A DNA stretch of 64,000 nt, from assembly GCA_025558095.1 (NCBI GenBank), contig JAIVFI010000043.1, forward strand, positions 186,001 through 250,000, written 5' to 3'. This stretch comes from Hyaloraphidium curvatum SAG 235-1 (lineage: Eukaryota; Fungi; Monoblepharomycota). Below the pieces are notes generated by a model. That model made no database searches. It was not told the origin of the DNA and saw only the letters and a program-made list of their open reading frames with translations. Positions 49,346-61,700 of the stretch are shown piece after piece. The translations under genes and the position numbers were made by a program. Each line of letters opens with the position of its first letter. Position 1 is the first letter of the stretch.

Positions 49346-49416
49346 CTAGGATTCTAGCTCATACAAATAGTGAAAGAGACCACCATGCTCCAGCAAGTCA
49401 GGCCCACATGGCCTAA

Positions 49417-51138
49417 CTATTGATCTTTACAATCCTTTCCCCTGGACACCCTCATGCTCTCCCCTTCGAGAACCTTGCCCAAGAGCTTCACCTGATCTGC
49501 AACATCCCTGAGGGCACCAAGCACAAATTTGTTCCCCTCCACGAAGTGGAAAGCAGTGTACTTCAGCCCATTCTCCTCGGCAAACTGTTCCACCAAAGGA
49601 ACGAGTTTCCTGAGGTTGTGGCGCGGTACCCTAGGAAACAGATGGTGGACAACCTGGAACTGGAGGCCACCTGAGAAGTGACGAGCAACCTTAGCACCAA
49701 CTATAGCAACAACATGTGCATGCAGATCCCTCACCATGGAACCAGTCCAGCCACCGCGGGCAAACCACGTCCATGCTAGTCCTCAGAGCCTTTGTTGCGA
49801 AATCCTCACCCGCCACGTCACTACTGTCCATGCCAAAGTGTGAAAGAGTGATTTGCACGTGCAGAAGTCCCGTCAGGCAGTGCGATACGAGGACATAAAC
49901 GGCCACCAGGAGCCAACTGTCTACACGGGAAAGCAGGAGCCCGAACCAAACCCAAAAGCCGCAGAGTCCAGCAATCTCCCACGAGCGGTACGGAACGGAA
50001 GGGTACGTGGTCGCAAAAATCCACGACAAAGCGTAGAGATTGAACCGCCCGAAGGAAAGGATGACGTAGAAAAGATGGTGCTGCCAGGGTATCAGCATCT
50101 TTGCTGCTTCGTCAAACTCCAGGGTCCGCTTGTAGAACGACGAGTACAGCGATTTGAAAAACCGCGTGGAAACCGCAAAAAAGGGCAGATGCTGAATATC
50201 GGGGTCGTGTTCCGGATCGTTGGTGACGAGGTGGTGGACTGTCCGCCAGCGGAGCGCCGTTATTTTAGGCCTGCACCATGCGAAGCTCCGACCCACTGTT
50301 GTGGTTGTGTTTCCACCAGCCGATCGACAGTCCCCCCGTAAAGTTGGCAAGGGCAATACCCATCGCAGTGTCCAGCTTCTGGTTGTGAGAGACGGCATTG
50401 TGCCCGAGGTCATGAGCCACGAAAGCCATCTGCCACCAGAGGACCGCAGCACAGAAGGCGCTAGCGAGCACCGGAAAGAAAGAGCCCCCGAAAACGAGGA
50501 TGGCGCCAATCATCCCCGTGAGCAGCACGACTGCCTTGACAATCTCTCGGTAGTAGAAGGAACTGCCACGCGGATAAGCCGTCAAGCACGAAGCAGAACA
50601 CCTGGGCGCACAACGCACTAGTCCGTTTCAAACAGTCCCATCTCTTTGACGCGCTTCTCGAGAGCCAGGTACGCCGCGGCAACAGAACGGAACTTGGATT
50701 CGCTTCTGTCGACGTCCGCACCCTGGGCAGGCGAATTGGCACTGGCCGAAACTCAGACCGAAAGCCTACACACCATGGAAAGCTCTGAATCTTGAAAGCG
50801 TGCGTACGCAAAGCGGGGGAGCCTCAGTCTGAACACGCTTTCCGGGTGGAACGCCGTCATGGCATCGGTCGCGTCCCTGCCTGGCGTCCGCAGATCCAGT
50901 CGTCAGGCCAGCAAGACGGCTGGGCGGCGACTTTTTCACCAATGAAATGCCGAATGGCTAGCTCTCCACCGGGGTGTTCATGGATCCACTGGGTGAGGTC
51001 GTACACGAGTGCCTCCTTGCCCGGCGCCCGCACGACAATGAGCGCTTTGCCGGCTCGGACTTCGGCAGCCAAGCTCTCGGCGGTGAGCTGGCGCTCCATT
51101 TTCCGCGACGCCGGAAGCGATTCGTCTGCCACCGCCAT
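49417..51138 (-). CDS. SLD1: Cytochrome b5-fused delta-8 sphingolipid desaturase
   Basis: HPGG cytochrome b5 motif; His boxes [23 protein letters not shown]; HVQITLSHF. Confidence 0.85.
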
Positions 51139-51238
51139 TTTCGCTGTGGCGGGTCTCGATGCTAAACGGCGCGCGCGCGGCTGGCAACTGGTGTCAATAT
51201 TCCCACACCAGGCGAGACGCGGAGTCTTCCTCGCCAAG

Positions 51239-52380
51239 ATGATGCCCGCCAATGCAAATCCGAAGACGACAATCTACGTCTCCGGCCTGGACGAGCTCGT
51301 GACGGAGCAGACTGTCCACGCGGCCTTCCTCACTTTCGGGGACATCATCTCCATCGAGCTGCCCCCCGACCACCGGACTGGAGCCCACCGGGGATTCGCT
51401 TTCGTGGAGTTTGAGACCGCGGAGGATGCTGCGGCCGCCATTGAGAACATGCATTTGAGCGAGATGTACGGCAAAGTGATCAAGGTCACTCTGGCGAAAC
51501 CCGGCCGCGGAGGGCCGTCGTTCTTCTCGCTCAAACCCATCTGGTCCGAAGAGGCGTGGCTGGCGAAGCATGCCGCGGATATACCTGAGAATGGGACGCT
51601 GGACTTGGACACGGACATGGCGGTAGACGCTCCTGCGGGTGGCCCCTCGAAGGCGCCAGCGGGAACTTCGGATCAACCTTTGCCGGTGGCAGCAAACACT
51701 GCAACGGGGACAGGGGAGCGTAGTTGGAAGGTTTTCATGGACATTGCGATAGGCGGCCAACCCGCAGGACGGTTGGTTTTCCAGCTGCGGCCGGATGTTG
51801 TCCCCAAGACGAGCGAGAACTTCCGCGGCCTTTGCTCACACGAAAAGGGTTTCGGGTATCGAAAGTCGGCTTTCCATCGCGTGGGTGGCTTCGTTACGTT
51901 CATGCGTCATGGTTTCGGAATGGTTGGCCGTGACAGATCATACCCGACTTCATGGCGCAGGGCGGCGACTTCGAGAAAGGAAATGGCACGGGCGGAAGGA
52001 GCATTTGGGGCAACAAATTTGCAGACGAGAACTTTCGCCTGTGGGTGGCGGACGGAGAGTCCGTGTGTCTTTCTGAGCGCGCCTCGGCCCGCAGGAAGCA
52101 CGACGCACCAGGATGCCTCGCAATGGCGAATTCTGGTCCCAACACAAACGGCAGCCAGTTTTACATCACCCTGCGTCCGACTCGTTGGTTTCCCGCACGC
52201 ATCATCTTGATCGGTCTGCTCACGTCACTACTAGCTCACCTCGATGGCAAGCACGTCGTGTTTGGGCGGTTGGTCCAGGGGATGGACCTGTTGCGCAGAA
52301 TGGAGCAGGCCGGCAGCGACAGCGGCAAGACGTCGAGCAAGGTGTCGATCGTAGATTGCGGCGAGATTGTGGACGAGTGA
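51239..52380 (+). CDS. PPIE: Cyclophilin E / CYP33 (RRM + PPIase)
   Basis: [80 protein letters not shown]. Confidence 0.92.
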
Positions 52381-52491
52381 CGACTGAACCGAATGATGAT
52401 CGCATCACGATCGAAAGGGTGTCGCTGGGCAAGGAAACACCCATTCGGGACCTCTCGAAGATCCGTGTGGTCTGAGGCGTAACATGTCGCG

Positions 52492-53893
52492 ATGACGGAG
52501 TCGATTCCTGGAGCGGCCGAGCCGACGGGAGGGCCAGCAGCCAATGGAGGGACTCCGGCCCCCGAAAGGCAGGATCTCGGCGACGTCCGTTCCGACGCCA
52601 GACTCACGCGAGGATCCGGACGGGCGACCTCTTTGCGGAACAGTTCCTTGCCCCCATTGGACCGGCCCGTCGCGAAGCTGCCGGACTTTCCACCGTTCAC
52701 GCCGGAGAACGTTCCCCCGGGCATCGCGTATGACCTGCTCAAGGAGATATGCGAGGACTACAGGCTGCATTGCCAGGTTTTGCTCGACTGCGTGCAGCGT
52801 CTCCGTTTCTCGGAGGTGCGGCCACGTGGACGCGCTGCGGAAGCTAGTCGGGGCGATTGACGCACGGACCAGATGGAACAGCAGCTCAGACATTTCTGGC
52901 AGAACATGAGCCCTGCCCATCGGGAGGTCGTCGAGCACGTCGAGGTCGCGGATTGGATTTGGAAGTTCGATGCCGTGCTTTACGACGTGAGCGTGCACCG
53001 CGGCTTTCCGGGACGCTCGCGAGACCTTTTCGGCAGACCATACTCGCGCTGCTTCTGCCCAACGTCGTGCAAGTTCTCCCGGTCCAAGTGTGCCAGACGG
53101 TGCGCCAGTACACGCGCCATGCCGAAGGGTGGTTGCTCCAGGCCCTGGACGGGTTTTCGCCGTACTTGAAGTCGCGCAAGATCGAAGGTGGGCACTGACA
53201 TGGACCAAGGAACCCACAAAGCACCCTAATGTGAAAGACAGTCGGAAAGGTGTACATCCAGCAGCTCCGGCGGAACACCTCCCTCAATCAGCTCGCTCAG
53301 GCGGCGTCACAGGTCTTTGACGCCACGGACCAGGTGCACCAGATGCTGCTGGACTGGAACAGGACGGACTTCGAAGGAATCAGGGAGCAGGTGGCCTGGG
53401 TCACCGATTGTCGCCGAGTGGACGTCGGGCAGATAAGTGGGTGAAACGTGGCTTTCGTGATGTGCGTCTGACGTCCAAGACAGTGGAGATCGACATCAGG
53501 CAAATGCTGCAGCCCGGCGTCAAGCTGGAGCATTGGACTATCTGGCTTGAAGAAGTTGTGAACCGTTTCCTGGATCAGGTCGGTTGTTCCTCCTGTGTCG
53601 CGAGTCTCCTCCGCTAACCCGCGTGGCAGAAAACCGCCGATCACCAGCGCTACGTGTATGCCGCGCGGCAGTTTCTCATGCGATGGAACTACTATGGCAC
53701 GTTAGTACTGCGCGACCTCACCATGAGGAGCGCTCCCAGCTTCGGTGGGGTTGGGTGTGAGCGGTTGACGCGCGTTTGATCTGACGTTCGGTCAGGCGCT
53801 GTCCACCTCGTCTACCTATTCTTGAACGAGTATGTCTTCTATCTTGTCGAGCAACGGGTGGCGAACCTCAAGTCGCTCGAGCTGCTCAAATGA
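52492..53893 (+). CDS. RFX-family protein, B/C boxes and dimerization domain only
   Basis: LPDFP, YRLHCQ, HFWQ, QLRRNTSLNQLAQAA, QMLLDW...DF..IREQ..WV..C, ARQFLMRWNYYGTLVLRDLTMRSAPSFGAVHL..LFLNEYVFYLVE. Confidence 0.8.
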
Positions 53894-53991
53894 CGTCACT
53901 TCTTGGGGCGGACGTACAAGATATCCTCATACCCCGCTTGTAGTGATCCACCACGAAATACAGCGATCTACGTCGTCATCCACCGACCATG

Positions 53992-56900
53992 CTAACCACT
54001 CAACATTGCCTGGAGTTCCAACGGTATAAGGCCCACGACATTGTTGTCGAGGGACACCAGAGTCTGGAGAGAGTGCACACAGCGTGCCTTGATTTCTGGG
54101 AGCAGGATTTCGTGGCCGCGAGAGAGGGTGGCGCAGAGGATGGCCACTAGTCGGCTGATGTTCGCATTGTTCTCGCCCATGATCGACGGATGTCGGCTGC
54201 GGAATGGCGGTCAGGAAAACCAGCAGCGCATGCCAAGGCCGCGGGGAGCCTACCTGTCAATGAGATCGCACAGGAACACGTACGTGTGCCCGTTCATTTC
54301 CTCCTCATCCTCCACAATAGGCAGCGCCTCCAGCCACGCCGACAGAACCTGAGCAGAGCGTTAGGCAATCCTCGTAGGACAGACAGGAGCAACCCACAGG
54401 ATTGACGTCGAATTGCGACGAGTTGAAATGGCAAATCTTGCCAACCGCGGATACGGCGTTCTCCGTCGCGAGAACGTTGTCCTCGCTGCGGGCATCCGGC
54501 TGATTGATCATTGCGAAAAGGAGCGACGCCGCCTGCGCGCACGCCCCGGCAAACTGATCCCCCCCCAAAGCGCCGGCGAGGCCAACACCGTAGGCAGCGG
54601 CTTGTCGCACGTCCGGGGACGGGTCAGCCAAGCCGCGGAGCATCTTTTCGAGGAAGCGTTCGTGATAGAGCCACGCGGTGGGACCACAGTACTCGATCAA
54701 ATCATCGTAAACGCACATGCCGAACTGCCTGGCGCTGGGATGGCTGGACGCCTGGAGCAGACGGTAAGAAAATGGCACAGCTGAGGAGCTACCGGGCGCA
54801 CCATGAAGGAGTCTACATCGTTGACCATGTGCTCAAAAGCAGGAAGGAAGGCAGTCGTGTGAGTCTTGAAAATCTCGTGTACGGCCTTGGACAGCTGCCG
54901 GCCAATCGTAAGCATAACGGCGAAGCACGCCCCGCGGTCGATCTTGCCTCGCTAATGAAGGTCTCCTCATCGTCCTCAACCTCCGCAAGGGCCTCCTCCT
55001 CTTCCGCGTCAAAGTCGGCGTCCTTCCGAGCCGCTAGAACGGGGCGCGAGGAAGTAAGCGTAGGAACAAGCGCACCGAAGACCCGTTCGCCAAGCAAACT
55101 GTCTCAGTTCAAGTGTAGATTTAGTCTCCACGTGACTGGATTACCAGCCATCGGCATTGCAGAATTATCCTTCCTCATGTGACGGTTGCCCGTCTGGGTC
55201 CCCTGCTCACCTTCTCGTTCGGCAAGGCGCACAAGATAGTCCTTCATTTGCGCCGACGTATGCTTCGTGAAGTCCTGCATCAACGCTTCCGGCATGCACT
55301 GCGAGCTCATGACCTCGAGCGACTCGGTCAGAGAAGCGTAGAGCTGCCCCAAGAACTGAAGGTCAGGCTCGCCCGCGATGGTTTCGACAATCTTTGCTGA
55401 GCACTGCGTCCACATGTTCAGAAGATACGGGTAGCCTGGGCGGAGCAAGTGAGATACGGCCCCACACGACGGTGCGGAACGCTCACCGCATTCGGCATCC
55501 TTGGCGCACTTCAACAGCAACGGCAGAAGGCTGGCGGCCGCATGGCGGACGCCTTCGTGGAAGTAGAACTTCAGAAGCGGGAGAGCGATGCTGGTGACGG
55601 TTTCGACGTAGTCCTTGAAGCCGGCGCCAAGTTCCCTGGCAAACACTCCAAGCATTTCCACCGCGGTGCATTTCTCCTCCAGGACGGTCGTCCTTATCCC
55701 GATGTTCTGTGTCGCTTCTTAGCAAAAATCATAGTTGCTATCCGGGAAGCGAGGCGCACCTGTCCCTCAAACTGAACAAACTCCCATCCGTCGTCCTCCG
55801 AGTACTGAGCAGATCCGTCCTCGTCTTTGTCCAAGACGGCGACATCGGGTTTCAGCTGGGCGCTCCTGAGGAGTGCGGGCATCACGGCCGGCAAATAGGG
55901 GACAAAATCCGCGCCCATGACTTTGCAGACCCTCGCCCAGGCTGCGGAGAGGTACGACGCCTGAGGATCATCAGGGTCGTTCACCTCCGCTGCAGAAGCG
56001 AATGAGACAATGAAAACGTTGGTGGGCGCTGTTGGACGCACCTTGGATGGCCAAGAGAGTGTTGCAGAACTGGTGCGCGTCCGCGCCGAAGACATCGCGG
56101 CCCACCGCGAGCGCGACAAGGCTCGCGCATTCCATCGTTTTGCCTCGCAGCATCTTGAACTCTTTCGCCGTGGCTTCGCTGAGGATGTTGAAGAGCAGGG
56201 GCATGACGGACGTGTAGTGCTGCGGCGGCCTTGGTGAGGTCAAAAGACACTCCGCCGCGCAGCGGCACTCACCTTGGAAAAGAGGTCGGAGCAACTGTCG
56301 GCCACGGTTGCCAGGGTCGTTATTGCCTGCTCTTGCACGAAAGTCTTGCCGGTGCCGAGCAGGGTCATCAAACGGTTGAACAAGGTGTCGAGATACGGGG
56401 CCAAATCGCGCTTCTGCGCGTCTTCCGCGAAGTTGACCACGGCTGCGGCAGCGTGTGCCTGTACTCGGGGATGCTGGGCGTCATCCATCGCCTGGATCAG
56501 GGCAGGAACGATGACTTTGTGGAACTGCGACTGGATCTTTGGCTGAAGGCGCTGTCAGCCGCGCATACGCGGCAGGGGAATACGCGGCACCCACGGCAAA
56601 GTCCGTCGACATCTGTCCAAGGGCATGGCACGCAGCGTATCGGACCCTGGGATGCGGGTCACGGACGTAGGGAACCACAAGCTTGAGAATGTTGTCAAGC
56701 TCCGCCTGCATGATCTTGTGGCATCCTTCGCCGATGGCGCTGATGGTCATCAGCGCAGCGTGACGCTTCTGCCACTCGGCGGAGCTTAGCATCGTCGGGA
56801 TCAAGCTAAAGGCCGTCGGCAGGACCGTCTTGCCGCCTGAAAGGATGGCAGTTGGACGTCGGTTTGCTCAAGTGCTTCGGCCTGCTTACCAATGTACCTC

Positions 56901-58477
56901 GCGATCCGGTCCAAACCTTGCTCCGCGACGACTGCGTTGCTTTCGTTATCATCGTCGTCCGCCTTTTTAGAAACCGGCAAATCAGCAACAGGACTGACAA
57001 GCCCGACACTACCAACGTCATCCGAAGTCTCCCAAGATGGGTCGTCCTCAATCTGTGCCAGCCAGCCCATTGCCAAAGGCAAGATGGTCGAAACAAAGCT
57101 CCCTTGCTTTCGCATCATGGCCGACGCAGACTCCGACAAGGTGAGCACAAGCTCAAACGCCATTTGTCGCGCGTCTTTCCGAGGTAGACGTTTTAGCCGC
57201 AGTTGGTCGGTGACCGGCGAAGCAAACCTACTGTCGCCCAAGTTCTCGTCAGCCATAAGGACCGCAACAAACTGGATGATCTGCGCGATTATCGGGCGAA
57301 AAAGCTTCGGCGCGAGCTCAGCAAGCTCGACAAGGAAACCCAATGCCTCGGCCAAGCTGTCCTCATGCTCAGATGTCGCAAGCGGGGGTAAGAACTGTTC
57401 GGGTGAGCTCGCGAATTATTCGCCGGAGCACGTAGCTCACGTTGACCATCAGAGGGACCAGGTCCGAGGCTTGGTTCCTCACGTCTTGATCAACCTCCGC
57501 CAGGTACTGAACCGCGGCATTGAGCGCGGTGAGTTTCACCTGCCCGAGAGAACAGTCAGCTTGAGCGCGGAAAACCGCCCCGGTGTCATCACCTGCACAT
57601 CGCTGTCGTTCAGCGCGGCCGCCAAGGCAACCTTGACCTGCCCGGGATCCTGGCCGGCGATGACGTCCGGAACTGCCGCGATGATTCGGTACGTTGCTTC
57701 CCGCAATCCGGGCACGGGAGACTGAGAGCACTGGAATATGGTCGAAAGCAGAGAGGGCCAAGCTGGCGACAAGGAAACGTCGTCAGAAACAGCAACCAGG
57801 CGAATATGTCGGACCACAAATAGTGCTTGTTCCCCATGGTCTGAGGAGCTCGCGTGGAGAGGGTCCCGTTCCGTTTCGCTAACGGTCTTCAAAGCACAGG
57901 GCAATGGGTTCGCCCGCGACTGCGGGCTCTGCCCCGGCGGAAAAGCGACCCGCAGCTTCTGGATTTGTCGCAGATTCTCACGTTTCTGCGGCATCAGAGC
58001 CCGCGCCAACTCGGACACCGTGTCGCATATCTTGCGCCGTGCTGCGCCGTCTTCCTCGGCCAGAAGAGCCCCCAAGAGTTCCGACTGACAGAACTGGAGA
58101 GCTTCCGCCGGAATGGAGACCCAGTAGGTGATATCCTCGTCTGTAGGAGCTCCGGGAGGTGCTCGAGAGCCGAAACGCCGAAGAATGATGGCGGCGGTGG
58201 AGCGAAGCTGCGCTCAGCGAGCAGATTCGGGAGGAATACATGACGGTGCGGATCGGGGGAAGAAGACACGTCGGCGCCGCATTCGGCCAGGCAAGACAAA
58301 AGCTCCCACGTCGGTTTCCGTGCCAGCCCGAACGAGGTGTGCCAGCGCGCCCAGGAGCTCAGCAGGTTGCTTCTCGAGCCACTCGTCCAGTTCCGTCTCC
58401 GCGGCCTGCCGCACGTCGTTCTGCGTGGACGACAGCGCCGAGAGCAGGCCTACGAGACGGGCTCCGAGATCGGCCAT
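53992..58477 (-). CDS. PSE1: Importin-5 / Kap121 (importin beta-3)
   Basis: [91 protein letters not shown]. Confidence 0.93.
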
Positions 58478-58727
58478 CGCTGGCGAGGGCACGAACTGTT
58501 TTGCCCTGGCGAGCCACGGACGCTGATCAGTAGCTTGACGATCCCTTGCCATAGTAAAGCGAAGCAATTTGGGACGCGAGGCCCGCAGAGTCGGAGCGAA
58601 CTCGTTCTTTCCGCCGGGACCGATGCGCGGGGGAGAGCTTTAGCGCGGCTCCGTTGTCATCGTCGCCCTCCCGGCGTTTCCGTCGAGCGCGGGGCCCGGC
58701 TCCGGTGCGCCCCAAACCGGGTTCGCG

Positions 58728-61700
58728 ATGGTCACCGACCCCCCTGCGAACGGCCTGCAGGGCCCATCGATGGCCAACGGATCCCACGGAGGCAGGTCTC
58801 GGCAGCTTAGCATGCCGGGAAGCGTCTACGAAGGGCTGCAGAGGTACCCGCTGCCCAGCATCGCACCCTTCGCAGCCAGTGCGTGTTCCTGTGACTGGAT
58901 GGATTAACGGGCCGTAGCTCACCGGCCTTGCTTCCGCTGAACAGCGGCGCTTCTTCTTCCGATGCCCCCTCCGGCGCGGTTTCCGGTCGGCCCGGCTTTT
59001 GCCAACCATCTCGGGCTGCCGGCCCCGCTGAACGAATCCGCCATGTTTCCCCCGACAATGTCGCAGCTTCAAGCATCGGCACCTCTCCAGAAAGCGCTGC
59101 AAAACGTCGACATAAGTTACCTGTGGGTGCCAATCCCGGCTCGGTGACGAGCTGCGCCTGACAGGTCGATCCCAGGCAGTTCAAATCTTCGCCCGTCGAA
59201 GCGGCCCCTCTGTGGCCCTTTTTCGGCCCGCCAACCCCAGAAGTCGGCGGTCCGCCGCGTGGAATCACTCCCACCTTTGGAAACGTCGACTTCCGTGCTG
59301 CTTTCGATGTCTACCACAAATCGGGCCCTTTGCAGCGGTTTCGGAACGAGTTCGGGTTCGCCCACGATGGCCATTCTGCCCCGCTTCCATCAAGGCCCCC
59401 GGTCGTGAACGTGAACGGACATGCTGTTGCTGGCGGGGCGCTGGCGCATGGAGAGGATGTCACAGGCCCAGGAGTGCCGACCGGCGGAGCAAGGGAAGCT
59501 GCGGGACAGAAGCGCCCGCGTTCTTCTGAACCCGGGCCAGAGCCAGCAAAAGCATCCTTGTACGTTCCGGCCGCCACCGGATCTGCCTCTCCCGATGAGG
59601 TGTTTGCGACGCCGGATGCTGGGCATAGTGCGGAGGACGAGTCTTTGGAGGAAGAGATCGAGCCCGTCCCGGATTACCATCCGCCCAAAAGGCGGAAAAC
59701 CGGCACCGAATCGCATCTTCTGCCTGAAGCAGCCAAGGATTGGGCCGGTTCGTGCGCTGAATGGTGTGCCGGCGCCCTCGACTGACTGATCCTCCAACTA
59801 GCTGCTATCGAAAGAGCCAAACGTTACATCGACAGCTTGTCCGCCGAATGGGATGAACTGGACAGCTTCACCGCCGACGACGATGATCTTCCGGCGCCCG
59901 TCATGGTCGACGCCGATCGCGGTCACGGAAGAGACAGGAACGGCGCCAGCTCTGGTTTCAAGCACTTTTTCGTCGTCGCAGGGGCTTCATCAAAGGTGCC
60001 CCTCATGACCGGCGACACCCTGAGGACCTTCATCGATCACATCGATCGGATAAACGAGGGCCAGAAGATGAAGGAGCTGGGGCAAGCTGTTGAAGGAGGC
60101 AACCAGACTTTGCTCAAGATCATGCAATGGGTGGACAACTGGGCGCAGCTTCCTGAAGCCAAGCTTTCTTTGGACTCTGGCACTGCAGGCAACGACGGCG
60201 ACGCCAACGGGGATGGGGGCCCAGCCGATGGCGCGGACGATGGCATGGTGTCGGCAGCGGACTTCGACGCCGCCGCAATGGATTTGCGTCTACAGTGTGC
60301 AAAGCTGTCTGCGGATGCCGCTTACGTCGCTTTGGCGATCATGGTGGGAGGCGCGGGAAAGATCGATCGCAAGGTCGGTTGCATTCTGCGGTGGCCGCTC
60401 GGGGCGGTTGGTTGATCTTCGCCTGTCAGATCTACTCCGAGGATCTCATCATGTCGATGCTCGAGCTACTGAAGCATCACTTGCAGCACACCATATACCC
60501 GTACTTGGGTTCTGGGAAAGCCGACGATAGCAGCGCATCCGTCAAGTGGATTGCCCGCCACCGTGCTTTGTTCGAAGAGCTGGCCGAACGGATCGGGTTC
60601 TGCCTCACGAAGCTGGGCGATCTCTTCAGCTCCCGCGAGGGGATGGACGAAACAGTTGTCATCTCGGCCACTTTCGCAGGAGTTGCTCCTTTCTTTGCGC
60701 AGACAAACGGAGATGGTTCGCGCGACAGCTCCAAAGGGCGCATATTGAAGCGGCTGCAACTGGCATCCATGGATCTCATCAGGGCCGTGAGGTTTTGTTC
60801 CGGTTCCCATAATGCCCGCGCGCTCACGTGGTCATCCCACTCCTCTTTCGCAGGTGTTTGCGCATTACCCGGGCCGGCGCTTGGACATCTTTGCCGACAT
60901 CCTCTCATCACTTGGCTCTCTGGCGACGCACGGCAACCGTCAAGGCCAGGGGCAGCGGTACCTGCTGCCGGATGGGAGAAGCATTTCCATGTGGAGTGCG
61001 CTGATCCTCGAGTGTCTCCAGAGCACATGCGAGATGACGGAATCGCGTGCCAACTCGTTGGTTGCTGCACTAGAGGAAGACTTGAAGCAGGAGCAAAGCC
61101 GTGCGGCCGAGAGTGCCCAGGCAGAAGTCCAAAAGACGCCATCCAAGCGGAAGAAGGGCAAACAGAAGGCCGATGCGGCACCGGAAGTGGCAGAGCTTCC
61201 CCAGCAGGCCTCGGACGCCAAGGAACCTCACTTTGGGCGGTTGCAGGAGCTTTTGAGGACCTGCCTGGATGCTGCCGCCACCTCCGCTTCATTCTTTATG
61301 CACTACCTTACGTCGCGCGCTCTTCCTGTCAAGGAGAAAGAGACCGGTGACTCCCCGGTCAAGCCCAAGGGTAAGCCCAAGGGCCGGAAGGAGGACGTGA
61401 ACAATGAGCTGGAGTACCGTTCCCTTCTGGAAAGCTGGATAGCCGACTTGTGCATCGTGCTGGACGTTCCGGAGTTCCCGGTTGCGAGCATCGCTTTCCT
61501 AGTGACGTGCAAGATGGTCGGACAGGTCCTCGAAGACTCAACCCCGGGAAGGACAGCCGCATCTCGCCAGACCGCAATGGACCTTTTGGGCACCCTTGTA
61601 GCCCGTCTGCGGCAGCGCGAGACATCGGTCACCGCTTGCGAAGCCGTAGCGGACCTTGTGACCAGATTTCCGCAAAGCGACGTCAAGGACATTGATCAGG

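Noticed and set aside
50792-52210. 472-aa ORF suggesting a long N-terminal extension of PPIE
   Set aside because: The extension is antisense to desaturase exons; the conserved RRM begins just after ATG 51239.
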